DNA of 64,000 nucleotides from Desulfobacula sp. (GTDB lineage Bacteria > Desulfobacterota > Desulfobacteria > Desulfobacterales > Desulfobacteraceae): the NCBI RefSeq assembly GCF_018645325.1, contig NZ_JABGOU010000019.1. One strand, given 5' to 3'. The position numbers and the translations under genes are program-made. Positions 38,879-48,152 of this stretch are shown here, piece by piece. The notes under the pieces are model-generated. The model was given only the letters and a program-made list of their open reading frames with translations, was not told where the DNA came from and did not search any database. Position 1 is the first letter of the stretch; each line of letters starts with the position of its first letter.

Positions 38879-39706
38879 TTATGTAGGTGGGGTCAGGCTT
38901 AAACCAAGGATTTGTCTTGCCTCATCCGGTGTTGCAATTTCTCTGTCCAATATTCCACTTATCTGAGCAATGCGCTTTACGAGCTGCTCATTGGAAGCAA
39001 GCTTTCCCTTGCTGAAATAAATGCAATCTTCAAGCCCTACTCTCACATGCCCACCCATATTTATGGCATGGACAGACATGGGCAGCTGGCTTGCCCCGAT
39101 CCCGGCCACCGTCCATGTTGACCCTTTAGGGATGCTGTTTTTAAGGTGGACCAGGTTTTCTATTGTTGCGGGAATCGCACCCTTTAAACCCATGACAAAA
39201 TCGAAATGTAGGGGCTTGCCCATGATACCCTGATCAGCCAGATCAAGAGCATTTTGAACCATGCTTACGTCAAAAACTTCGATTTCAGGCTTAATACCAT
39301 ATGTTTTCATATCTTTTGCCAAAGCACAAATAAGATCAGGGCTATTGATATAGACAGATGTCGGGAAATTAACAGAGCCTGTTGTTAAACTTGCCATTTC
39401 AGGTGCCAGAGATAGTCTTTTACTTCGTTTTTCATACTCCATACCCGCTCTTCCACCCGTGGAAATCTGAAGGATTAGATTTGTTTCCTTTTTAAGACCT
39501 TGATAGATTTGTCTAAAAATATGGAAATCTGTTGATGCAGTTTCATCAACGGGATTTCGGGCATGAATATGAATTATGGATGCCCCGGCTTTTTCACATA
39601 AAATTCCTGTTTGAATAATTTCATCCGGGCTTATGGGTACATGTGGATTATTTTTTTTTGTGGGAAGTGAACCGGTTGGTGCAATGGTTATAATTAATTT
39701 TTCCAT
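38879..39706 (-). CDS. Beta-keto acid cleavage enzyme (BKACE / Kce-like, DUF849)
   Basis: IITIAPTG, GASIIHIHAR (Zn HxH), STGG, PEIEVFD, GGHVRVGLED; start set at ATG 39706. Confidence 0.92.
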   Translation of the reverse strand: MEKLIITIAPTGSLPTKKNNPHVPISPDEIIQTGILCEKAGASIIHIHARNPVDETASTDFHIFRQIYQGLKKETNLILQISTGGRAGMEYEKRSKRLSLAPEMASLTTGSVNFPTSVYINSPDLICALAKDMKTYGIKPEIEVFDVSMVQNALDLADQGIMGKPLHFDFVMGLKGAIPATIENLVHLKNSIPKGSTWTVAGIGASQLPMSVHAINMGGHVRVGLEDCIYFSKGKLASNEQLVKRIAQISGILDREIATPDEARQILGLSLTPPT

Positions 39707-39864
39707 GTTTACCTTAATTTTATATAAGCTGAAATAATAGTTTTTTAACAATCTCTATCATTGTCAGGAGCTATATTAAATCCAAATCAAAGTTGTCAAT
39801 AACAAACTTATGTTTCATTATTTTATAAAATTTTCATCTTATATTTCAAATAAATTATAAAATT

Positions 39865-40038
39865 TTTAAAGAACTTAAAACCGCCTTTGACTTAGATAGC
39901 GCTCGTAAAGAAGCGCAACGCTTTTATTCATGCGGTGATCCATTCGGCAAATTCAGGACCTGCTGGTTCTGTCTGCCCTGTGAAATAGAGTGCCCCAATG
40001 ATGCACTTTATGTTGAAATTCCGTATTTGATGCGATAA
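39865..40038 (+). pseudogene. 3' remnant of a FAD/Fe-S oxidoreductase (GltD/NfnB-like tail plus 4Fe-4S ferredoxin motif)
   Basis: Frame reads FKELKTAFDLDSARKEAQRFYSCGDPFGKFRTCWFCLPCEIECPNDALYVEIPYLMR*; CxxCxxCxxxCP intact; in-frame TAA at 39826, no ATG start or clear RBS between it and the conserved part. Confidence 0.8.
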
Positions 40039-40165
40039 AAGGGTTCAAAATTTACAAATGATTGAAAATAAAGAAATTGGTTGTTTGAAAATCAGAACCA
40101 TCTGGCCTTTTCCCGAAGATAAAATTAAATTGTGACAAATTACAAAACAATTAAAGGAAATTAAA

Positions 40166-41335
40166 ATGAAGTTAGCCAAAAGAATGGATATTATTCCATT
40201 TCAACGGATCAGAATAATCGTTGAAGAAGTAACCCGCCGTGAACGCCTGGGTGAAAAAATTATTCACCTGGAAATAGGAAGACCTGATTTTGACACGCCT
40301 TCCCATATAAAGGAAGCCGCTATTGAAGCCATTTCAAAAGGGAAAGTACATTATACCTCCAATTATGGAATTATAGAACTCAGAAATGAGATTGCCGCCA
40401 AGTTTAAACAGGATAATGGCCTTACCTATGACCCTTTAGATGAGATAATTGTTACTGTTGGTGCTACGGAAGGCATATTTTTGTCCATGATGGCTCTTTT
40501 AGACCCAGGTGATGAAGTGCTCATTTTCAGCCCATCATTTCCTGCTTATGCCCAATGCGCCAACATGATAGAAGCCATTCCGGTTTTTGTCCCCTTAAAA
40601 CAGGATAACGATTTTGAACCCATTATTGAAGATTTAAAGTCCAAAATCACATCTAAGACTAAGATGATTGTTATCAATACTCCCCACAATCCCACGGGGG
40701 CTGTTTATTCAGAAAAAACGCTGACAGCGCTTGCTCAGATTGCCTTAGAGAATGATCTTCTTGTACTCTCAGATGAAATTTATGAAAAAAATATTTATGA
40801 TGGTTATGAACATTTTTCCATTGCAAGTTTACCGGGAATGCAGGAACGAACCATTACCTTGAACGGATTTTCCAAAAGTCATTGCATGACAGGCTGGCGC
40901 CTTGGCTATCTTGCATCCAGTAAAGAAATTATAGGCGGACTTATACGCATCCATCAGTATGCAACGGTCTGTGCTACAAGTTTTGCCCAGCATGGTGCTG
41001 TGGCAGCCCTGAAAGGCCCCCAGGATGATGTTGAGCTAATGGGCAAAGAGTTCAGCAGAAGAAGGGTGATGATGGTGGAACGTCTTCAAAAAATGCCGGG
41101 TCTTTCAGTATTCAAGCCCAAGGGAGCTTTCTATATTTTTATTAATGTTGAAAAACTTGGAATGACATCCCAGAAACTTGCCACATATCTTTTGGATGAA
41201 GCAACCATGGCAGTTGTACCATGGGGAGACAAGAACATTAGAATTTCCTATGCCAATTCCTATGAAAACCTTGAAAAAGCAATGGACAATATGGAAGCCG
41301 CTCTGAAAAAATTAAAAATTAATTATCAAAAATAA
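40166..41335 (+). CDS. Class I/II PLP aminotransferase (aspartate aminotransferase family)
   Basis: LEIGRPDFDTP, YTSNYG, NTPHNPTGAV, SDEIYE, GFSKSHCMTGWRLGY, PKGAFY. Confidence 0.93.
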   Translation: MKLAKRMDIIPFQRIRIIVEEVTRRERLGEKIIHLEIGRPDFDTPSHIKEAAIEAISKGKVHYTSNYGIIELRNEIAAKFKQDNGLTYDPLDEIIVTVGATEGIFLSMMALLDPGDEVLIFSPSFPAYAQCANMIEAIPVFVPLKQDNDFEPIIEDLKSKITSKTKMIVINTPHNPTGAVYSEKTLTALAQIALENDLLVLSDEIYEKNIYDGYEHFSIASLPGMQERTITLNGFSKSHCMTGWRLGYLASSKEIIGGLIRIHQYATVCATSFAQHGAVAALKGPQDDVELMGKEFSRRRVMMVERLQKMPGLSVFKPKGAFYIFINVEKLGMTSQKLATYLLDEATMAVVPWGDKNIRISYANSYENLEKAMDNMEAALKKLKINYQK

Positions 41336-41346
41336 GGAGAACAAAC

Positions 41347-42108
41347 TTGTTTACAAGAGCTATCGTTAAAACACCCTGCAAAAATATGGTCAATGGAATC
41401 AGCACGGCTAACCTTGGTAAGCCGGATTATACGCTTGCCCAGGATCAGCATAAAGGCTATATTGATGCCCTTAAAAAATGCGGTCTTAAAGTAACCATAC
41501 TTGATTCGGACGAAAATTTCCCGGATTCAACCTTTATTGAAGACGTCTGTCTTATAACACCTAAATGCGCTATCATCACTAATCCTGGGGCTGCATCAAG
41601 AAGGGGGGAAACCATAGAGATTTCAAAAGCCATTGAAGAACTGGACCTGCCTGTGGAAAGAATCCAAAATTCCGGAACCCTTGATGCAGGGGATATTATG
41701 ATGGTAAATGATCATTATTTTGCAGGATTATCTGATCGGACAAACATTGAAGGGGCATCCCAGTTAAACCTTATATTGAAAAAATATGGATACACTTCAT
41801 CAAATATTACCCTTAAAAGCGTTCTTCATTTAAAAACAGGTATTTCTTATCTGGAAAACAACAATTTGCTTGCCTTTGGTGAATTTTTAAACCACCCTGC
41901 CCTGTCTGTTTTTAATCTCCTTGCGGTTGATCCGGATGAATCCTATGCAGCCAACTCTGTCTGGATTAATGGAAAAGTACTTGTTCCAATGGGATTTTCT
42001 AAAACTAATGAAATGATAAAAGCTGCAGGGTATCAGACCATTGAAGTTAATGTGTCGGAATTTAGAAAACTTGACGGAGGATTAAGTTGCCTGTCTCTCA
42101 GGTTCTAA
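41347..42108 (+). CDS. N(G),N(G)-dimethylarginine dimethylaminohydrolase (amidinotransferase superfamily)
   Basis: FTRAIV, PDSTFIEDV, RRGE, LDAGD, HLKTG, KLDGGLSCLS; TTG start after aaggag. Confidence 0.9.
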   Translation: MFTRAIVKTPCKNMVNGISTANLGKPDYTLAQDQHKGYIDALKKCGLKVTILDSDENFPDSTFIEDVCLITPKCAIITNPGAASRRGETIEISKAIEELDLPVERIQNSGTLDAGDIMMVNDHYFAGLSDRTNIEGASQLNLILKKYGYTSSNITLKSVLHLKTGISYLENNNLLAFGEFLNHPALSVFNLLAVDPDESYAANSVWINGKVLVPMGFSKTNEMIKAAGYQTIEVNVSEFRKLDGGLSCLSLRF

Positions 42109-42188
42109 AAACATCATGTAGATTTTAAAACAAGCGCTATAAAAATATTACAAGCAACCTGATCGTTGTGACAAAAAGTTAAAATAAG

Positions 42189-42223
42189 AAATGCCGGGAA
42201 ATGGTAACCATACCCGGCATTTT
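42189..42223. terminator. Terminator hairpin between convergent DDAH and ferredoxin genes
   Basis: aaatgccggg / cccggcattt stem. Confidence 0.7.
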
Positions 42224-42250
42224 ATCTATTGTCAGAAGCTTTGTTGTGAA

Positions 42251-42439
42251 TCAGTCTTCTTCAACTACAATAGCATCTTCTTCACAAACTTCCACGCAGC
42301 TTTCGCAGCCCATGCATTCTTCAGCATTTACTGGAACTGATTTGTCATTTTCCATTTCAAAAACTTCCACTGGACATACGTCTACACATTCTTCGCAACC
42401 AACACATTTTTCTTGGTCAACAATTGGATTAAATGCCAT
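42251..42439 (-). CDS. 2x[4Fe-4S] ferredoxin
   Basis: CVGCEECVDVCP and CMGCESCVEVCE; 62 aa, acidic. Confidence 0.96.
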   Translation of the reverse strand: MAFNPIVDQEKCVGCEECVDVCPVEVFEMENDKSVPVNAEECMGCESCVEVCEEDAIVVEED

Positions 42440-42552
42440 ATTAATAGCCTCCTTAAAAAATTAACATTATTATATTGCAAACTCATTCTTAAAATATAAT
42501 TTGTATAAAAAACGCTTTTATAACATTATATTAATTAAAATCAAGTTTTTTA

Positions 42553-43524
42553 TCACTTTAATTTAATCAAACATACAAATATTTGTTTACCTGAGTAATT
42601 AAAGAGTTTGCAAATATCATTCCCGGAAAAGACACACAATTTGATTTGCCCTGAAAAAGAACAATTATCATTTACTTCAGGCAGTTGATTTTCCCGGCTG
42701 ACAACTCCCTGAACTGCACGAGTCAAATAATCAAAAAACTGATCTTGCCACTCGCTTTTATTGCCACATCCATTCTCATGCACTTTTATCCTGTCAATGT
42801 CAAGGGCATTTACAACATCTTTACAATTCGACTCAAGATAGTTAAATACGGCATCACTGCTAGTCATAAATAATGGTGTGTCTCCTTCAGGATTCAATCC
42901 ACCCATCCGGGCCATGCATCTTGACCAAGCGCAGATCCGCTGCCGGGTCATGACAGCTCCCACATCTTTACCTTCCAAAGGTTTTCTTTCTTCAGCTTCA
43001 TCTGGAAAGCTTTCTAATCCTCGCAGGTTTGAAATCAATTTGCCGTGACTTATATCCATATCGTTCAAGACCAGATCAATGCCTTCATTCTGTTCATCAT
43101 ATAATTTCGCCATCTTTAAAAACAAAAGGTCCTGCATCAGTGCTGATTCATCGTGCAAAGCAAATTCCAGGTTTTCTTTTTCACCTTTACCCTTCTTGAG
43201 CTGTGATTTAATGGCTGTCACATCTGAATCATCTGTAAAATAAGGGGTATTCTTTAAAAGTGATTTAAGATTTACTTCATTCCCCTTGTGTATACTTGCC
43301 CAGGAAAGATACTGCTCAAGGTTTTGATCTATAGTCACAGCCTGGTCATCAGATAAAAAAAACGGTGTAACCTTACCCTGTCCAAGCAATTTGTGCAATT
43401 TTGGATGAAGTTCAAAATTTTGTGTCATGGGTAGATATTCAAAGGACTTGAAAAAAGTCAAAACGGTGTCCAACTTGTTTCCAGAGATATGGGTGAAGGG
43501 GAAAAATAATAATCTTATTGCCAT
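42553..43524 (-). CDS. Hypothetical protein, translationally coupled to the cysteine synthase fusion
   Basis: 323-aa ORF overlapping the upstream stop by 10 bp; begins LLFFPFTHI; no motif recognised. Confidence 0.7.
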   Translation of the reverse strand: MAIRLLFFPFTHISGNKLDTVLTFFKSFEYLPMTQNFELHPKLHKLLGQGKVTPFFLSDDQAVTIDQNLEQYLSWASIHKGNEVNLKSLLKNTPYFTDDSDVTAIKSQLKKGKGEKENLEFALHDESALMQDLLFLKMAKLYDEQNEGIDLVLNDMDISHGKLISNLRGLESFPDEAEERKPLEGKDVGAVMTRQRICAWSRCMARMGGLNPEGDTPLFMTSSDAVFNYLESNCKDVVNALDIDRIKVHENGCGNKSEWQDQFFDYLTRAVQGVVSRENQLPEVNDNCSFSGQIKLCVFSGNDICKLFNYSGKQIFVCLIKLK

Positions 43525-45806
43525 TGGTTAACCTTTTTATCGTGAACATTGATACCTAAATTTGTCAATCGTTTCCTTATCTTATCAGCCAGTTGAAAAT
43601 CATTTTGCTGTCTTGCCAGGTTCCGCTCTTTTATAAGATTTTTAATTTGCCTTGAATATTCCATTTTTTCTTCAAAACTGAAGATCTTAAGAACAGAATC
43701 TATTTCTTTAAAACAGCATACAAATTTTTGAGCGTCTTCAGCATTGATTTTATTTTGGTTGATAAGTTTGTTGATGGTTTTAACATTTGCCAGCATTGAA
43801 GAAATAACTCCTGAAATTTTTAAATCATCTTCCATGGACTGAAAAAAAGCAGATTTCATATCATATATAAATTGATCTGTTTCTTCAAATCCAGATCCGT
43901 TTTCAATTATACTTAGAGTGGAAATGCACCGATTGATTTTATCCAGAGTATATCGGGCCTGTTTCAGAGCCTGCTCTGATAAAATCAAGGTTTTCCGATA
44001 ATGATTGGAAATCATCCATAATCGGATAGTTTTTAATTCCCATCCCATGTTAACAAGGGTTTCAAGGGTTAAAGATTCCATACTATGGTCACCTAAAGAG
44101 CCATCATATCTCACTGGATCACAATGCAGCCAATACCTTGCCAGGGTTACTCCATTGCAAGCCCTTGCAATGGCAACTTCGTTTTCATGATGAGGGAAGA
44201 TAAGTTCACGGCTTCCAGTCTGAATATCAAACTTTTCTCCAAAAAATTTCATGGCAATGGCAGCACATTGCAAATGAAGAGAAGGACGTACATTACCCCA
44301 TTGGGTCTTAATTCCGATGCCCCTTTTCAATTCTGAAAGGCGAACTCTTTTCAATAATGTAAAATCCTTTGGGTTACCCTTTTCATAGGCATCAAGATCC
44401 ACTGTAGCACCGGATTTGATTTTATCCAGATTTGTACTTGAAAAGTCGCCATACTCTTTCTGACTGGCAATATCAAAATACAGAGAATGCAATTTTTCAT
44501 AAGCATGTCTTTTTGATTGGAGTTGTCTTGCCACATCAATCATTTCATCAAAATGATCTGATACTTTTGGATAGGCATCTGCCGGGCGGATATTTAAATT
44601 TGAAAGGTCTTGTTTAAACAGATCAATAAAGGTTTGTGTGAACTTTGAAAGTGGTTCCCCAGCCTTTAAAGACCCCTGGATTGTCTTGTCATCATAATCA
44701 GTAATATTTACCACATGATTGACTGCAATCTTATGATATTCAATATATCTTATCAGCAAATCAGTAAATGCATATCTTCGTAACCGACCGACATCTATCC
44801 TTTCATGAACAGTTGGCCCGCAGGTATAAATAGATATTTTTCCTTTTTCCAGCGGTTTAAATGGCATCTTGGATTTCGAAAGCGTATTAAAAAGGGACAG
44901 GGCAATATGATTTTTTACCGAAAAGAGATTAGTGGACAGATACCTTTCTCCGCCGTCGGGAAAAATAACGACAATACAGCCTTTTTTAATCTGATGCGCT
45001 TCTTCAAGTGCTGCAGCCATGGCAGCACCACTGCTCATCCCAACAAAAATGCCTTCCTTTATTGCAAGACTTCGTACATTATCAAAAGCTGTTTCATCAT
45101 CAATATTAATTTTTTGGTCAAAACGATTTTTTTCCATAATCTCAGGGATATAAGATTCCTTCAGATTTTTAAGCCCCTGGATCTTATGTCCGAGATAGGG
45201 TTCTACACATACAATCCTGATATCTTTATTATACTCTTTTAATTTTCTGGAAACCCCCATCAGGGTACCGGTTGTCCCTATGGTTGCAACAAGAGAAGAA
45301 ATCTTTCCATGGGTCTGTTCAAAAATTTCAGGTCCTGTGGTTTCATAATGTGCCTTCCAATTAGATTCATTATTATACTGGTCAGTCAAAAAATACTTAT
45401 CAGGATTTTCTCTTGCAAGTCTGTATGCTTCTTCGATGGCACCATCAGATCCCAGATGTCTTGGGGTTAGAATAATCTGTGCTCCTCTTGCGCGTAAAAT
45501 ATTTTTACGTTCTTCACTTGCATTTTCCGCCATGGTCAGCGCAAGTTTGTAACCTTTGACAGCACAAATCATGGCAAGCCCGATCCCTGTATTCCCGCTG
45601 GTGGCTTCGATAACAATTTTATCTTTGGTCAACTCCCCGGACTTTTCCGCTGCATTAATCATATACAGAGCCGGTCGATCTTTAACTGAACCACCCGGAT
45701 TCATATATTCAAGCTTTGCAAAAATTTTAACCCCTTTTACAGGATTCATTTTTGTTATCTCAACAATAGGGGTGTTGCCTATGGCATCTATAACTGAAAC
45801 TGTCAT
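43515..45806 (-). CDS. Cysteine synthase (CysK/CysM) fused to a non-canonical cysteinyl-tRNA synthetase-like domain
   Basis: aa ~1-295: NPGGSVKDR, EATSGNTG, GTTGT, SSG, PDGGERYLS. aa ~300-763: YTCGPTV, NITDYDDK, RPSLHLQC, FPHHENE, YWLH, C-terminal ARQQNDFQLADKIR; HIGH and KMSKS not conserved. Confidence 0.92.
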   Translation of the reverse strand: MTVSVIDAIGNTPIVEITKMNPVKGVKIFAKLEYMNPGGSVKDRPALYMINAAEKSGELTKDKIVIEATSGNTGIGLAMICAVKGYKLALTMAENASEERKNILRARGAQIILTPRHLGSDGAIEEAYRLARENPDKYFLTDQYNNESNWKAHYETTGPEIFEQTHGKISSLVATIGTTGTLMGVSRKLKEYNKDIRIVCVEPYLGHKIQGLKNLKESYIPEIMEKNRFDQKINIDDETAFDNVRSLAIKEGIFVGMSSGAAMAAALEEAHQIKKGCIVVIFPDGGERYLSTNLFSVKNHIALSLFNTLSKSKMPFKPLEKGKISIYTCGPTVHERIDVGRLRRYAFTDLLIRYIEYHKIAVNHVVNITDYDDKTIQGSLKAGEPLSKFTQTFIDLFKQDLSNLNIRPADAYPKVSDHFDEMIDVARQLQSKRHAYEKLHSLYFDIASQKEYGDFSSTNLDKIKSGATVDLDAYEKGNPKDFTLLKRVRLSELKRGIGIKTQWGNVRPSLHLQCAAIAMKFFGEKFDIQTGSRELIFPHHENEVAIARACNGVTLARYWLHCDPVRYDGSLGDHSMESLTLETLVNMGWELKTIRLWMISNHYRKTLILSEQALKQARYTLDKINRCISTLSIIENGSGFEETDQFIYDMKSAFFQSMEDDLKISGVISSMLANVKTINKLINQNKINAEDAQKFVCCFKEIDSVLKIFSFEEKMEYSRQIKNLIKERNLARQQNDFQLADKIRKRLTNLGINVHDKKVNQWQ

Positions 45807-45905
45807 TTAAACACTTTTTATCCTTTGCCATGATGAAGCCATCAATTCATATATTCTGTCTTGACTTTTAAAATATAAAATGGCTTTATACAGTAATTTT
45901 AAGAG

Positions 45906-48152
45906 ATGCGCAATTTTTTTACTGGAAAGAACATGTTCTGTTTATTGAAACAAAAGCTTTTATCATTTTTTGTATTCTCTGTTTTTTTTCTCTCATTCAT
46001 ATCCTTAAATGGGGTTGCAGCAGCAAGCGGGTTACCTGAAAACCCTGAACAAATTGCCTGGCATATATCTGCCCGGGCAGTAACCTTTGATAATAAAAAA
46101 AACCTTTACATTGCCGAAGAAGATGTAGTCATAACCGGTGGTAAAACAAGACTTGAAGCCGAATATATCGAATTTTCCAATAAAACAAAAGACGCTTTTG
46201 CCAGGGGCAATGTTCTTTTAATATCTGGAGAAGATTTTATATCCTGCAATGCAATGAATATAAACCTTGCAACCCAGACCGGCACCATAACCAAAGGTAC
46301 TATTTTTATCCAGAAAAATAATTTCTATATTAATGGTGAAAATATTAAAAAACTCGGCAAATTTTCCTATAGCGCAGATAAAGGGTCCATAACATCCTGT
46401 TCCGGCGAATCTCCAGACTGGAAAATTTCCGCCAGGGACATAAAAGTCACAATTGAAGGATACGGCACTGCCAGGGATACTATTCTCTGGGCTAAAAATA
46501 TCCCCGCATTATACAGCCCGTTTCTCTGGTTTCCAGTCCAGACCAAACGACAGACAGGCTTTTTAATCCCCAGGGTTACTTCCTCGGACAGAAAAGGATT
46601 TGGATATGAGCAGCCTTTATTTCTAGCAGTTTCAAGGAATATGGATGCAACAATTTATGCAGACTATATGACTGACCGCGGCACAAAAATTGGATCAGAA
46701 TTCAGATATATCCTGGATAATAAAACAAAGGGCTCAATATTTTTAGATTTTCTTGAAGATGATAAAATTGATGACGCAACTGATAAGACAAAAAATTATA
46801 GTTTTTCCACAACCCCCCAGAGGACAAACTCAGACAGGTTCTGGTTCAGGATGAAACACGACCAGGACCTTGGCTATGGATTTACAGGCAAGCTTGATAT
46901 TGATGTGGTTGGTGATGAAGATTATCTTCAAGAGTTTAAGGATGGATTCACAGGCTATTATGAAACCAAGGAATATTTTGAAAAAGAATTTGGCCGGAGT
47001 CTTGATGAATATGATAACAATATCCGGAAAAACCAATTGAATATAAATAAATCCTGGTCCACTTATTCTTTTATATTTGATGCGGTGTGGTATGACAATA
47101 TTTATGCCCGGAGGCAGAATATTGATGATACAATCCTGCAGACACTTCCAAGCATTCAGTTTGATGCCTTTATGCAGCAAATCGGTCCTTCAAAATTCTT
47201 TTATTCACTGGGTAGCGAATACACTTCTTTTTACAGACAAGATACAAGTACATCGCTTGTGAACGGGCAAAGACTAGACATATATCCTAAAGTTTTTCTA
47301 CCCATAAAACTTGGCAAATTTTTTAATTTCGAACCTTATGCTGGTGTAAGGCAGACTATCTGGCATACCACTGAATTCACGGATATTAACAGTAATTCAG
47401 ACGACTTCAGGACAAGGCAGATGTATGATATAGGTGCACAATTATCCACAAAACTTATAAAAATATTTGATCTCAATAATAATTTTGCAGATAAAATTAA
47501 ACAAGAGATCATCCCGGAACTTGAATATGCATTCATCCCGGGCATCATTCAAGATGATCTGCCTTATTTTGATGATCTGGACAAGATTGAAGAGAAAAAT
47601 ACCCTCACCTGGTCCTTGACAAGCAATTTTACTTCCAAAAAATCAAGGATATCACCTAAGGGAAAAGAAATAACCGACTATCGTGATATTGCTTACATAA
47701 AACTTTTCCAAAGTTATGATATTAAAAAAGAACGGGACAAGGAAACAAGGCCTTTTTCAGAAATAGGACTGGAAACTGAACTTGCTCCAAACGATTTTAT
47801 CTCTCTTGATATGGATGTTTTCTGGTCTCCATATGACAGCCATTTTAAAACCTTAAACATTGGGAATACACTTAAAGACAAAAGAGGCGACAGTTTAAGG
47901 ACTGAATATAGATATACCAGCAACACATCAGAATCCCTGTATTCTAAAATTGATATCAACCTTACCAATGAGTTAAGTGCATTTTATTCCATTGAAAAAA
48001 ATATAGAGGTAAAAAAAACAATTGAAACAAGGGCTGGAATTGGTTTTAAAAAACCCTGCTGGGCATTGAATCTTTATTTTTTAAAATCCAGCGATGAACA
48101 GAGTATTACCTTTCTTATAAAACTTAATGGAATCGGAGAGTTTGGTATATAA
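45906..48152 (+). CDS. lptD: LPS-assembly protein LptD
   Basis: Signal peptide, OstA-like N-domain, ITSC...PDWKISA, KRQTGFLIP, aromatic-rich barrel; 748 aa. Confidence 0.85.
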   Translation: MRNFFTGKNMFCLLKQKLLSFFVFSVFFLSFISLNGVAAASGLPENPEQIAWHISARAVTFDNKKNLYIAEEDVVITGGKTRLEAEYIEFSNKTKDAFARGNVLLISGEDFISCNAMNINLATQTGTITKGTIFIQKNNFYINGENIKKLGKFSYSADKGSITSCSGESPDWKISARDIKVTIEGYGTARDTILWAKNIPALYSPFLWFPVQTKRQTGFLIPRVTSSDRKGFGYEQPLFLAVSRNMDATIYADYMTDRGTKIGSEFRYILDNKTKGSIFLDFLEDDKIDDATDKTKNYSFSTTPQRTNSDRFWFRMKHDQDLGYGFTGKLDIDVVGDEDYLQEFKDGFTGYYETKEYFEKEFGRSLDEYDNNIRKNQLNINKSWSTYSFIFDAVWYDNIYARRQNIDDTILQTLPSIQFDAFMQQIGPSKFFYSLGSEYTSFYRQDTSTSLVNGQRLDIYPKVFLPIKLGKFFNFEPYAGVRQTIWHTTEFTDINSNSDDFRTRQMYDIGAQLSTKLIKIFDLNNNFADKIKQEIIPELEYAFIPGIIQDDLPYFDDLDKIEEKNTLTWSLTSNFTSKKSRISPKGKEITDYRDIAYIKLFQSYDIKKERDKETRPFSEIGLETELAPNDFISLDMDVFWSPYDSHFKTLNIGNTLKDKRGDSLRTEYRYTSNTSESLYSKIDINLTNELSAFYSIEKNIEVKKTIETRAGIGFKKPCWALNLYFLKSSDEQSITFLIKLNGIGEFGI

